Origin: Corynebacterium glutamicum ATCC 13032
GTDB taxonomy: Bacteria; Actinomycetota; Actinomycetes; Mycobacteriales; Mycobacteriaceae
Direction: 5' to 3'
Length of the DNA: 32,000 nucleotides
Assembly (NCBI RefSeq): GCF_000011325.1
Contig: NC_003450.3
Location: forward strand, 1,830,001-1,862,000
In this document: one piece after another, positions 1 through 8,348 of the stretch
Layout of the letters: the number at the start of each line of letters is the position of its first letter
Position numbering within the stretch: the first letter of the stretch is position 1
Made by a program: the position numbers and the translations under genes
Notes under the pieces: model-generated
Databases searched by the model: none
What the model saw: only the letters and a program-made list of their open reading frames with translations
What the model was told of the DNA's origin: nothing

Positions 1-764
1 GCGCGGCCCTCATAATCGTTGTGACGATTCTTCGTTGCCCGCTGCGCCCGCGACGCGCCTAAAAGCAATCACCTTTGCACGGCTGCTGCTCCGTTCTTCG
101 AACTCCCACATCAGCTCGCACAGCCCGTTGAAGGCGCGCTAAAAGATGAAAAGATCCTGCAACAAAAACGGTTGCAAAAAACTCAAGGGAAGCTCGCTAC
201 GAAACCTCTCGTTTCTTCGCAAGCGGTGCGCGACGCACACTTAAAAAACACTCTCGCAACACTCGCTCAATTACTACGTTCAAGAGTCCAACCAACACAA
301 CAAACCAAGCTCTAAGAATCCGAAAATATCAGATAATTATGCACCCCTTTTAATATCAACAAAGGTACTCAGAAGTTCATTAATTACTCACCCACATAAT
401 TTATGAAAACTCTGTCCCCGTAGGCGCACAATGGATGCCGTGGATTAGTAGCAAAAAGTCTGACTCAAGGCAAGCGCTCGCAACCTACGGTTGCTTCTCG
501 CGCTTGTGCACGTGTAGTGAGTTGGGTTCTTTTTTTGCCCGAGGTTGAGGTAAGCGATTCTCGGTTTCACCGATCATCGCGCCAGGCGGTGCCTGGCCGG
601 ATGAACTTGGGAGTGTTGGGTGCGCAGCCTCGCCGCCCGGTGGGTGGTTGCTATGAAAGAAAAGCAACCCGCCCCACAAACACATACAATTAACTTCTAT
701 ATTTAGTAAATAAATAACTAGTATTTTTAATGACTTACAAATATCAAGAAAGAATCTATTCCTT

Positions 765-2066
765 ATGTCCGCATTATCTAGACCGCACAAGATCGCCACC
801 GGCGTTGCTGTCGCAACTCTTACCCTCACCTTGTGTACCTCTGCTGCCGGCGTTGTCCATGCAGCGCAACAATCCATCAGCGGTCCAGAATCCTCCTGTG
901 CTTTTAATCAACAGCGTTGGGATGACAGCAAAGTTAAGCTTGACGACACCATCGCTACGGCCAAAAACTCATTGGTACAAACAGGCGAACTGCACCGCAA
1001 CGAACAGGATCTACTTACTGGCTATCTTTTCCAGCAACCGCACAGCAGCAATTACCTTGCACTCAACAACGCTTATGCCGATGCCGTAGCAATCAAAGAC
1101 AGCTTTGTCCGCCCAACATGTGACGGTTCTAAAGAGTCCAAGATTGCCAGCGAACACGCCGTGTCTGAGGTTGTGGGTGCAGTGAATGTACTCGCCCGAG
1201 CACAAAAAGCGCTGCAGATTAACTCCGACACCTACGAACAGCAACGTCGTTGTGATGCCCTTCGTCTAGCAAGCCGAGATGAATCAGATGTTCTTATGCG
1301 CATTGATCGCACCATGCTGCAGCTTCGTCGCACACTAGCTGACATTGACCAGGCGTCCACAGACATTCGCGATATTCGGGCTCAAACAACAAGCTTTGAA
1401 CGTGATCTTGCCCGCGAGCAAAAAGAGGCCGACGCAGCAGCACGTGCTCAAGCTGTAGACACTTCGACCACACCAACATCAAGCACAGAAGATCGTGTCA
1501 ACGACATTCTTAAAGAGTCCCGTACCGATCACAGTGGCGACAGTTACACGCGCTCAACGACAACGAGCGCACAAAGCACTGAGCCGGATTCTGCAACCAA
1601 CACCTCATATCTGTCACGTCGTCTCGACAGCCTGGAACGCAGTGCGCAGCATATTGATCTCAATACCCAGTGCGACAACCTCGATGATCTTCGTGAACTC
1701 ACCAACAATGACACGCGTGATCACACCGGCTCCGTCATTTCCATTGCCGATCAACTCACAGACATCACCAATGAAATCAATGAATTACGCGATAGCACTT
1801 TTGCCACCAGAGACAGTGCCCAACAAGCACAGGATCAGGTAATTGCTCAACGTGAAGAACTGCAACGAGCAAAGGAAGCACGACTAGAAGAACAGCGACT
1901 CGCCAAAGAAGCAGAAGAGGGCGCTCGCAACGCAGCAATTCAGGAACGTGACGCGGCCGAAGCAGCACTGCGTGAAGCACAAGACCTCCTCAGTCGCCTC
2001 GATGACACAGGCAACGCAACCAGTGATGACACAGCAGCGCTAGTAGACGGTCTTCTCAATAACTAA
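765..2066 (+). CDS. secreted coiled-coil protein, function unknown
   Basis: 433-aa ORF. The N-terminus MSALSRPHKIATGVAVATLTLTLCTSAAGVVHA/AQQ looks like a Sec signal peptide with a VHA (AXA-type) cleavage site. The C-terminal third is E/R/A/Q-rich and heptad-like (EELQRAKEARLEEQRLAKEAEEGARNAAIQERDAAEAALREAQ). An AAGAAAG purine box lies at 746-752, 12 nt before the ATG, and a hairpin follows the stop. Confidence 0.6.
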   Translation: MSALSRPHKIATGVAVATLTLTLCTSAAGVVHAAQQSISGPESSCAFNQQRWDDSKVKLDDTIATAKNSLVQTGELHRNEQDLLTGYLFQQPHSSNYLALNNAYADAVAIKDSFVRPTCDGSKESKIASEHAVSEVVGAVNVLARAQKALQINSDTYEQQRRCDALRLASRDESDVLMRIDRTMLQLRRTLADIDQASTDIRDIRAQTTSFERDLAREQKEADAAARAQAVDTSTTPTSSTEDRVNDILKESRTDHSGDSYTRSTTTSAQSTEPDSATNTSYLSRRLDSLERSAQHIDLNTQCDNLDDLRELTNNDTRDHTGSVISIADQLTDITNEINELRDSTFATRDSAQQAQDQVIAQREELQRAKEARLEEQRLAKEAEEGARNAAIQERDAAEAALREAQDLLSRLDDTGNATSDDTAALVDGLLNN

Positions 2067-2076
2067 CAATCAGCAA

Positions 2077-2123
2077 CACCGCTCACCGGATACCTTATGA
2101 AACACCTGGTGAGCGGTGTGTTT
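2077..2123 (+). terminator. hairpin terminator after the secreted-protein gene
   Basis: caccgctcacc (2077-2087) pairs perfectly with ggtgagcggtg (2108-2118), an 11-bp stem. It is followed by tgtttc, a weak U tract. It lies 10 nt after the stop at 2066. Confidence 0.55.
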
Positions 2124-2184
2124 CACCCCAACAACCGAGTAAAATATATCTAGTACTATTTTACGATTGAAAGTAGATTTTTCT

Positions 2185-4047
2185 ATGACCGTTACCTCAC
2201 CAGCAGCGCTCGCACTCAGCGACATGTCCTATGTGGACATCATTAAGAAGAAGCGCGGATGGACAACCGAGTTTTTCCACAGCACCATCAACACCGGTGA
2301 AACCACCACACCGCTACCAGACAGCGACCGTGCCACAGCACTAATCCATGACCACATCACCAAGGCTCAAGAGATAACCATCATCACCGACTTTGATATG
2401 GACGGTATTTCAGCCGGTGTCATTGCCTATGCAGGTCTTGCCGAACTGGGCGCACAGGTCAATATGGTGGTGCCCGACTATCGTGGCGAACGAAATGTCA
2501 CAGCCAGCGATATTGATCGTGCGCTAGAGCTCTACCCTGCAACCTCACTCATCATCACCTGCGATGTCGGCATCGGCTCCCATGAAGGTATTGCCCGTGC
2601 TCACGAACGCAGTATCGCCGTCCTGGTCACAGATCACCACATGGAGGTCGAACCCTGCCAGGCCGATGTGGTTCTTAACCCCAACAGAATTGACTCTGAC
2701 TACCCCAACAAAGATATTTGCGGTGCGCAGGTCATTTTCGCCACATTGAGTGACTATGCACGTCGTTATCGGGCGGACAAGATTATCGACATTAATTTGT
2801 TGGCTGTTTTCTCAGGCATTGGTGCACTCGCCGATGTCATGCCTCTCACCCGTGACACTCGACCAACAGTGAAGCAGGCTATTGCGTTGCTTCGGCTTGC
2901 TATCCCACAAGTAAGTAAAAACCGTTTCGGCGGTTGGGATACCTATGCTGCACGCTCTGTTAATCCTGATACGTCCACACTCATGCATATTGTCAATGCC
3001 AGCCAGCATGATCACCGCTTCATTGCAGCCTTCCAAGGCATCTCAATTCTTCTTGGTGAACTGATTGCGCAAAAGAAGCTAGTAAACATCGACAATATTT
3101 CTGAGTCATTCATTGGCTTCACTCTTGGTCCGATGTTTAACGCTACTCGTCGTGTTGGTGGCGACATGCACGATTCATTTCTCGTGTTTGCGCCCCATGC
3201 CGCACTAGCATCACAGCCGTCGATGAATCCAAATCGACATGCTGCGATCTCTCGCATCATTGATAACAACGAACGTCGCAAAGAGCTCTCCAAGTCCTCT
3301 TATGCTGCCGTACACAGCTCAGATCAGCCCTACGCGCCCTTTGTGTGGCTCTCTGAGGCACCAAGCGGCATTCTTGGTCTCATTGCCTCACAGCTCACTC
3401 GTGAGTCTGACGTGCCTGCCATTGTCATTAATCCAGATACCTTGTCCGGTTCAGCTCGCTCACCTGAGTGGGCACCGATCATCACCCAAGTAAACACCCT
3501 CAGCGCACAAGGTCACGGCGGTATTCATGCTGCAGGCCATGAGTACGCCTGTGGTATGCGTTTTGATAACCATGATGACATTGTGACCTTTGTTGCAACA
3601 CTCGACGCACTCGATAAAAACACGCCACGGGAAGCACAGCCGGCAGATCTGCATTTGGTTGACATTGACCACGCGCGTCCTGTGCTTGATAACCCCTCAC
3701 TCACCCAAGAGCTCAGTACGGTCGATGCTGCAGTGGATGCTGCACAGTTGCTTGTTCTCATTGATCAGCTTGATCAACTGCAGCCATTTGGACATGGTTT
3801 TACCTATCCGCGCATCGACGTGACGTTCAGGCCGGCAGAAACAGAATTCAAGGTTATGGGTCAGCACCATCAACATCTCAAGGTGATCACTCACTCAGGG
3901 TTGACCTTATTGTGGTGGAATAAGGCTCAGCAGCTCGATGAGATCGCACAGTCTGAATTAGTCACCATGTCTGTGGAGCTCGATGTCAATATGTTCCGTG
4001 GGTTTATTTCCCCGCAAGGCATTGTCTCTGCGTGCACAGTTATCTAG
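2185..4047 (+). CDS. RecJ-like DHH/DHHA1 single-strand DNA exonuclease
   Basis: DHH motifs are in canonical order: DFDMDG (motif I), CDVGIG (II), VTDHH (III, DHH codons 2632-2640), ADVMPLTRDTR (IV). A DHHA1-like GIHAAGHEYACGM follows near residue 450. The track ORF starts at TTG 2167; the in-frame ATG 2185 preceded by gaaag is preferred. Confidence 0.85.
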   Translation: MTVTSPAALALSDMSYVDIIKKKRGWTTEFFHSTINTGETTTPLPDSDRATALIHDHITKAQEITIITDFDMDGISAGVIAYAGLAELGAQVNMVVPDYRGERNVTASDIDRALELYPATSLIITCDVGIGSHEGIARAHERSIAVLVTDHHMEVEPCQADVVLNPNRIDSDYPNKDICGAQVIFATLSDYARRYRADKIIDINLLAVFSGIGALADVMPLTRDTRPTVKQAIALLRLAIPQVSKNRFGGWDTYAARSVNPDTSTLMHIVNASQHDHRFIAAFQGISILLGELIAQKKLVNIDNISESFIGFTLGPMFNATRRVGGDMHDSFLVFAPHAALASQPSMNPNRHAAISRIIDNNERRKELSKSSYAAVHSSDQPYAPFVWLSEAPSGILGLIASQLTRESDVPAIVINPDTLSGSARSPEWAPIITQVNTLSAQGHGGIHAAGHEYACGMRFDNHDDIVTFVATLDALDKNTPREAQPADLHLVDIDHARPVLDNPSLTQELSTVDAAVDAAQLLVLIDQLDQLQPFGHGFTYPRIDVTFRPAETEFKVMGQHHQHLKVITHSGLTLLWWNKAQQLDEIAQSELVTMSVELDVNMFRGFISPQGIVSACTVI

Positions 4048-4070
4048 CTTGGTTGCATAAGCACCAAAAA

Positions 4071-4108
4071 CAACCCCCAACAGCCTCTACACAGGCAGTT
4101 GGGGGTTG
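4071..4108. terminator. bidirectional terminator between convergent genes
   Basis: caacccccaac (4071-4081) pairs with gttgggggttg (4098-4108), an 11-bp stem. On the minus strand it is followed by tttttggtg (strong U tract), on the plus strand by ttgctatgttt (weaker). Confidence 0.65.
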
Positions 4109-4145
4109 TTGCTATGTTTGTGGTCGTTAAGGTCTGAAAAAGTCT

Positions 4146-4928
4146 CTACACAGGCGCAGATGATGCGCGTAAACGGGTTGCCATAGAAAACGGTTGTCCT
4201 GATTTCATGCCAGGGATACGCCCCTCATCGACAGTGACCACCACATCACTAAAAACTGTCATGGCTGCCGTCACAGCATCACCGGTGAGTTCTTTCCCGA
4301 ACACTGTGCCTTTAAGCAACCAACCGTGATGTGCAGTGGAATCCTCACCCGCACGTGCCTGGTGTCGCACATGGCGATCCTCTCGAAGTGCGTGACGACC
4401 ATAACCGTCTTCAAAGCGGCACCCTGCAGCCCACATGACAAAATGCTCACGACCTTTAATGGTGTTGGCCTCCCCGGTGAGACCATCGCCCCATGGCGTG
4501 CCCATAATCGCCACGCTGTCATCCCCAAGACCGGAGACTGCATTAAGTGTGAGTAACTGCCCCCGCGTCTGCTCACGCAGCTCTCGTTGCCACAGATCGT
4601 CGTGCACAGTGTCAAAGGAGTTTCCATAATCAGCAAGAAGATTGAGACTAAGCTTCACAGGCTCAGAAAGCCCCTTCACTGGCACAGTGACTGTGCCCGT
4701 GGACGCAAGACCAGCCTTAGTGCGGTTGTGGCTGTACGTACTGCCTTCAGGCGCACAAATGATCAAAGAGTCAGTGTGAATCTCTACAGCCGTGCTGTGG
4801 CGTCGCCTGACCTTGGTGGTGTGCTCTAAATAGTCATCGCCTGCTGGTACTTCGCACAGATCCCACGGGCCGATACTAATGCCACGTTGAAATTCGTCAG
4901 CGATTCGTTGTGCGGTGGTCACAGTCAT
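4146..4928 (-). CDS. hypothetical protein (260 aa), reverse-oriented cassette gene
   Basis: Long ORF with ATG start. aaaggga lies 13 nt upstream on the minus strand. Codon usage looks like its neighbours, and the alternative-frame ORFs inside it are shorter. I recognise no diagnostic motif. Confidence 0.6.
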   Translation of the reverse strand: MTVTTAQRIADEFQRGISIGPWDLCEVPAGDDYLEHTTKVRRRHSTAVEIHTDSLIICAPEGSTYSHNRTKAGLASTGTVTVPVKGLSEPVKLSLNLLADYGNSFDTVHDDLWQRELREQTRGQLLTLNAVSGLGDDSVAIMGTPWGDGLTGEANTIKGREHFVMWAAGCRFEDGYGRHALREDRHVRHQARAGEDSTAHHGWLLKGTVFGKELTGDAVTAAMTVFSDVVVTVDEGRIPGMKSGQPFSMATRLRASSAPV

Positions 4929-5034
4929 AGTTATTTAAAAGTCCCTTTACTTACATTACTTAGTTATTCATTAATTACTCTAACAAACTTAAAGCTAGGT
5001 AACACCAGCAAGAAAGGTAGTTCTCCTACATTCC

Positions 5035-5085
5035 AGAAAAAGACAAAAAGTAGAGCCACTGGGTCACTACTCCCAATGGCTCTAC
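5035..5085 (-). terminator. minus-strand intrinsic terminator with no ORF upstream of it
   Basis: gtagagcca (5050-5058) pairs with tggctctac (5077-5085), a 9-bp stem with an 18-nt loop. Read on the minus strand, the hairpin is followed immediately by ctttttgtctttttct (plus-strand 5049 down to 5035). Confidence 0.55.
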
Positions 5086-5462
5086 ACTCTTCTCGCTCCG
5101 TTAAAGATTCCTACTGTTCACCATCCCTGCCGGACTATCTGCACACCAGGCAAGTAAAGGAAAACTGATCGCGGTCCTGGACAGGGCAGCAGTAAATGTT
5201 TAACTCACTTTTCAGTATAGACAAACTTTAAAGACAATGCAACTAGTTTATAAATCTATTTCAAAGTCAATTACTTACTCACTAAGAAGAATTATCCATA
5301 TCCTGTCGCACCCATGCCCGAAACCATTTTTATGGGCCATAAAGTGTACGCAAACTTTTTAGATCACGCAGAAACTAAAAATTCCCATAAGTTTCAATTA
5401 ATGAACACAGTAACTACTTGATTATTGAAATAGAACAAATGTGTGCATAACAGCCATATATA

Positions 5463-5508
5463 TGAATTTAATTATGAACGTAACGTTACAAACGTTACGT
5501 ATCGTTAC
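5463..5508. repeat. outer left arm: TGAATTTAATT plus three tandem 9-10-bp iterons
   Basis: tgaatttaatt occupies 5463-5473. It is followed by GTAACGTTAC (5480-5489, a perfect palindrome), AAACGTTAC (5490-5498) and GTATCGTTAC (5499-5508). Confidence 0.8.
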
Positions 5509-5636
5509 ACCTCAAAAACATGCCTTGAGCTGCTGTAAAGGTGAATCTGTAGCGCTACGGTGTAACGATACGAAAAAGCTAAAGTTACACCTAAAAGTAC
5601 GCTTTAACCTGCTTCTATAGTTCTAAAATTGTGGTT

Positions 5637-5656
5637 TGTAACGTTGTAACGATACT
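5637..5656. repeat. inner left arm of an exact 20-nt inverted repeat
   Basis: tGTAACGTTGTAACGATACt is the exact reverse complement of 5878-5897. The midpoint of the pair is 5767. Confidence 0.9.
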
Positions 5657-5877
5657 TTTGCAACTTTAATATAGACAGAAGAGAAAGAGAGAAAACATAT
5701 AAACATGATATAGGACACATAAGTGCATAAAAGCACATATGCGCGTCATGTCATGTCGTTTTACTACCTACGACCACATAAGCGTGCACATGAGCACTGC
5801 CACTCCGCACAGTGGTGATGATAGGTAAATAAGATAACCCTGTATGAGCTACTCCCGCGCGTATAGAAAACATGCAC

Positions 5878-5897
5878 AGTATCGTTACAACGTTACA
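5878..5897. repeat. inner right arm of an exact 20-nt inverted repeat
   Basis: aGTATCGTTACAACGTTACa is the exact reverse complement of 5637-5656. Confidence 0.9.
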
Positions 5898-6025
5898 CTT
5901 TTACATTCATGCAGTTCACAGTGTGTTTTTCATGTAACTTTGATGTAACGCTTATATTATTTTAAGAATTAACTTTAATATAATAAAAGGGTCTTTGACG
6001 TGCATCTTTAGTGCTGTAACACTGT

Positions 6026-6071
6026 GTAACGGAACGTAACGATACGTAACGTTACGCTCGAATTAAATTCA
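6026..6071. repeat. outer right arm: three tandem iterons plus AATTAAATTCA
   Basis: GTAACGGAAC (6026-6035), GTAACGATAC (6036-6045) and GTAACGTTAC (6046-6055) are followed by aattaaattca (6061-6071). That last element is the exact reverse complement of 5463-5473. The midpoint of 5463 and 6071 is 5767, the same as the inner pair. Confidence 0.8.
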
Positions 6072-6551
6072 CGTTTTTACGGTTTTTTAGCGTTCATCTC
6101 ATTATGTGGAATTTCCGTCCCATAAATCGACCCCACCGCAGCACCCTTTAAATTGACTAAACCTATCAGTCGGCGTGCACCTGCAGCCTCTAAAACACTC
6201 CCCTCACTCCATTACGCACACAGTTATGGTTCGTAACGCTCGATCACGTGCAGCAGCACTCCCCTACCCACCACGCGCATATGTGTGCACGTGCAACTGT
6301 GCGCTAAATGCGTCTTAATAAACCGTTGAGTTTCTTTATTACTAAGCTTGTTTAAATTGAAACTTCGTTATATTCTGATTAAAGAAAGTAAGTAATTAAG
6401 TACTTCGGCTCCACGGCCACCCGCACCGTTGTTCACCCACAGTGCACAAGAAAAAGCAACTCACTTCGTGCTTTTTTCACCGACCCCGGCTGTGTGGATG
6501 CCACCCACTTACACCGCACAATCGAAAATAAAAGTAAAGGATGTTCACCTT

Positions 6552-8327
6552 ATGTCTGACACCACAGACAGCCACGACCCAGCAACCTCCCCTACAGTCG
6601 ATTCAGCCGCATCCGGTACTTCTGACCCCAACCAGCAACCCAAGAAGAAATTCACCATCATTAAGCAGGTGAACATGATTGCGCGTACTGCCATTGATGA
6701 CTGCATTAATCGACTAGGCCCAGATGTTGTCACCATGTCCAGCGAAGACATTGCTGATCAAGTGGTCAACTCCATTAACGTTGCTATTGCCAGAGAAAAC
6801 ACACGTGCCCAAGATGCCAATGCTGCGGTGCGTTACACACCTATCTTTAAGCTCGATTTCTCCCATGTCGCTGTCCTTATGCGCAGACTGCATGTGATTA
6901 TCAACATCGCGCCATCGCATAACTCTGATCCTGACAGCGATATGTTGGCTATTTACGACCCCAACCCACGCAGCGAGCATTACGGGATCTATCGCACCTC
7001 AGAGGCTGAAATACGCCGCGTAGCCCGTGAATACTGCCCTGACCTCACCTCAGCGCAGTTTAGAGAACTGCAGATGGCACTCTCAGATGCTGCACCTCGT
7101 AAAGTCCGCCACAAGCAGCGTGACTTGATTCCCGTGAAAAACGGCATCTTTAATTACTCGACTAAACAACTAGAACCGTTTTCTCAAGAGTTTGTCTTTC
7201 TTGCTAAATCTGCAGTGAACTACAACCCAAATGCACAAAACCCTGTCATCACTCATCCCCAGGATGGCTCTGTCTGGGATGTTGAATCATGGATGAACGA
7301 TCTCTCCGATGACCCTGAAGTCGTTAACCTGCTGTGGGAGATTATCGGCGCTATCGTGCGCCCCTATGTGTCCTGGAACAAGTCTGCCTGGTTCTACTCA
7401 GAGGCCGGCAACAACGGTAAAGGCACGCTCGTTGAGCTCATGCGCAACATCTTGGGCGCAGAGGCCTATACCAGTATCCAGCTCTCGGACTTCTCTAAAG
7501 AGTTCCACCTTGAATCACTGACTCGTGCACAAGCAATCCTTGTTGATGAGAACGATGTCGGCGCCTTCTTAGAAAAGTCAGCAAACCTTAAAGCGATTGT
7601 CACCAATGACGTCATCTCCATTAACCGCAAGCACAAAACCATGCTCAGCTATCAGTTTTATGGCTTTATGGTGCAGTGTATTAACGGCTTCCCCAAGGTC
7701 AAAGACCAGTCGGAGTCATTTTTCAGGCGCCAACTCTTTGTGCCGTTTGAGAAAAGCTTCACCGGTGCCGAGCGCAAGTACATCAAAGACGACTACATGT
7801 CGCGCACTGATGTCCTCGAATATGTACTGCACCGCGTACTGCATATGAACTACGACAATCTCTCCACCCCTGCTGCAGCTCTCGCTGTGCTGGATGAATA
7901 CAAAGAGTTTGTCGATCCTGTGCGCGCATTCTGGAATGAATTCAGCGATCAATTTGTCTGGGATCTTCTTCCCCTGCAATTCCTCTACGAGTTTTATCGC
8001 AAGTGGTTTGACCGTGACAGCCCATCCGGGTCTGTGCTCGGCAAACGCAGCTTCATTCAAAAAATCACCACCATCGCCGTTGATAGCGGTCAGTGGGAGT
8101 ATCCGCTGACAGCACAGCGTCCCGGTGGCGATATGGCCGTTCCTGAGCCATTAGTCATTGATTATGACCTCACCGAGTGGCAAAACGCCACTGTACCTAA
8201 AGGTCACGTCAACAAGGGGCTCCCTCTACCACTCAAGGCTAATTATCGAGGACTGCTCCGCAAACCTCTAACAACACCTGCTACTCCCCCTGCAGCGCCG
8301 CTCAACCCCACACCACCCACCCCTTAA
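6552..8327 (+). CDS. D5/P4-family SF3 replicative helicase (primase-associated NTPase) with proline-rich C-terminal tail
   Basis: Walker A GNNGKGT lies at 7407-7427 and Walker B ILVDE downstream. A D5_N-like segment precedes them (IPVKNGIFNYSTKQLEPFSQEFVFLAKSAVNYNP). No primase domain is evident. The track ORF opens at TTG 6429; the in-frame ATG 6552 with aaagg upstream is preferred. Confidence 0.8.
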   Translation: MSDTTDSHDPATSPTVDSAASGTSDPNQQPKKKFTIIKQVNMIARTAIDDCINRLGPDVVTMSSEDIADQVVNSINVAIARENTRAQDANAAVRYTPIFKLDFSHVAVLMRRLHVIINIAPSHNSDPDSDMLAIYDPNPRSEHYGIYRTSEAEIRRVAREYCPDLTSAQFRELQMALSDAAPRKVRHKQRDLIPVKNGIFNYSTKQLEPFSQEFVFLAKSAVNYNPNAQNPVITHPQDGSVWDVESWMNDLSDDPEVVNLLWEIIGAIVRPYVSWNKSAWFYSEAGNNGKGTLVELMRNILGAEAYTSIQLSDFSKEFHLESLTRAQAILVDENDVGAFLEKSANLKAIVTNDVISINRKHKTMLSYQFYGFMVQCINGFPKVKDQSESFFRRQLFVPFEKSFTGAERKYIKDDYMSRTDVLEYVLHRVLHMNYDNLSTPAAALAVLDEYKEFVDPVRAFWNEFSDQFVWDLLPLQFLYEFYRKWFDRDSPSGSVLGKRSFIQKITTIAVDSGQWEYPLTAQRPGGDMAVPEPLVIDYDLTEWQNATVPKGHVNKGLPLPLKANYRGLLRKPLTTPATPPAAPLNPTPPTP

Positions 8328-8348
8328 CAACCACAAGAAAGATTTATC

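Larger units (their letters stand above)
5379..6114. other. quasi-palindromic iteron field; candidate replication origin or master operator
   Basis: ORF-free. By eye I count 19 GTAAC/GTTAC cores between 5410 and 6238, where about 1.6 are expected for equal base use. Nested inverted repeats share one centre (~5767). A purine tract (5677-5695) and phased T tracts (6072-6090) are present. The field lies about 440 bp upstream of the SF3 helicase gene. Confidence 0.5.

Noticed and set aside
485-877. 130-aa minus-strand ORF
   Set aside because: It overlaps the start and signal-peptide region of the better-supported gene at 765. It has no upstream purine box. It runs through the hairpin-rich region, and its composition (W/C/P/A-rich) is typical of an off-frame read.
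4887-5168. 93-aa plus-strand ORF in the AT-rich gap
   Set aside because: It starts inside the 5' end of the minus-strand gene. It crosses that gene's promoter region and the minus-strand terminator hairpin. The product is low-complexity and K/S/L-rich, and there is no RBS.
5410-6238. CRISPR array or IS element as an explanation for the GTAACG repeats and terminal inverted repeats
   Set aside because: The units are only 9-10 bp, irregularly spaced and present in both orientations, so there is no 25-40-bp repeat/spacer periodicity. No transposase ORF, and no ORF of 60 aa or more, lies between the inverted repeats.
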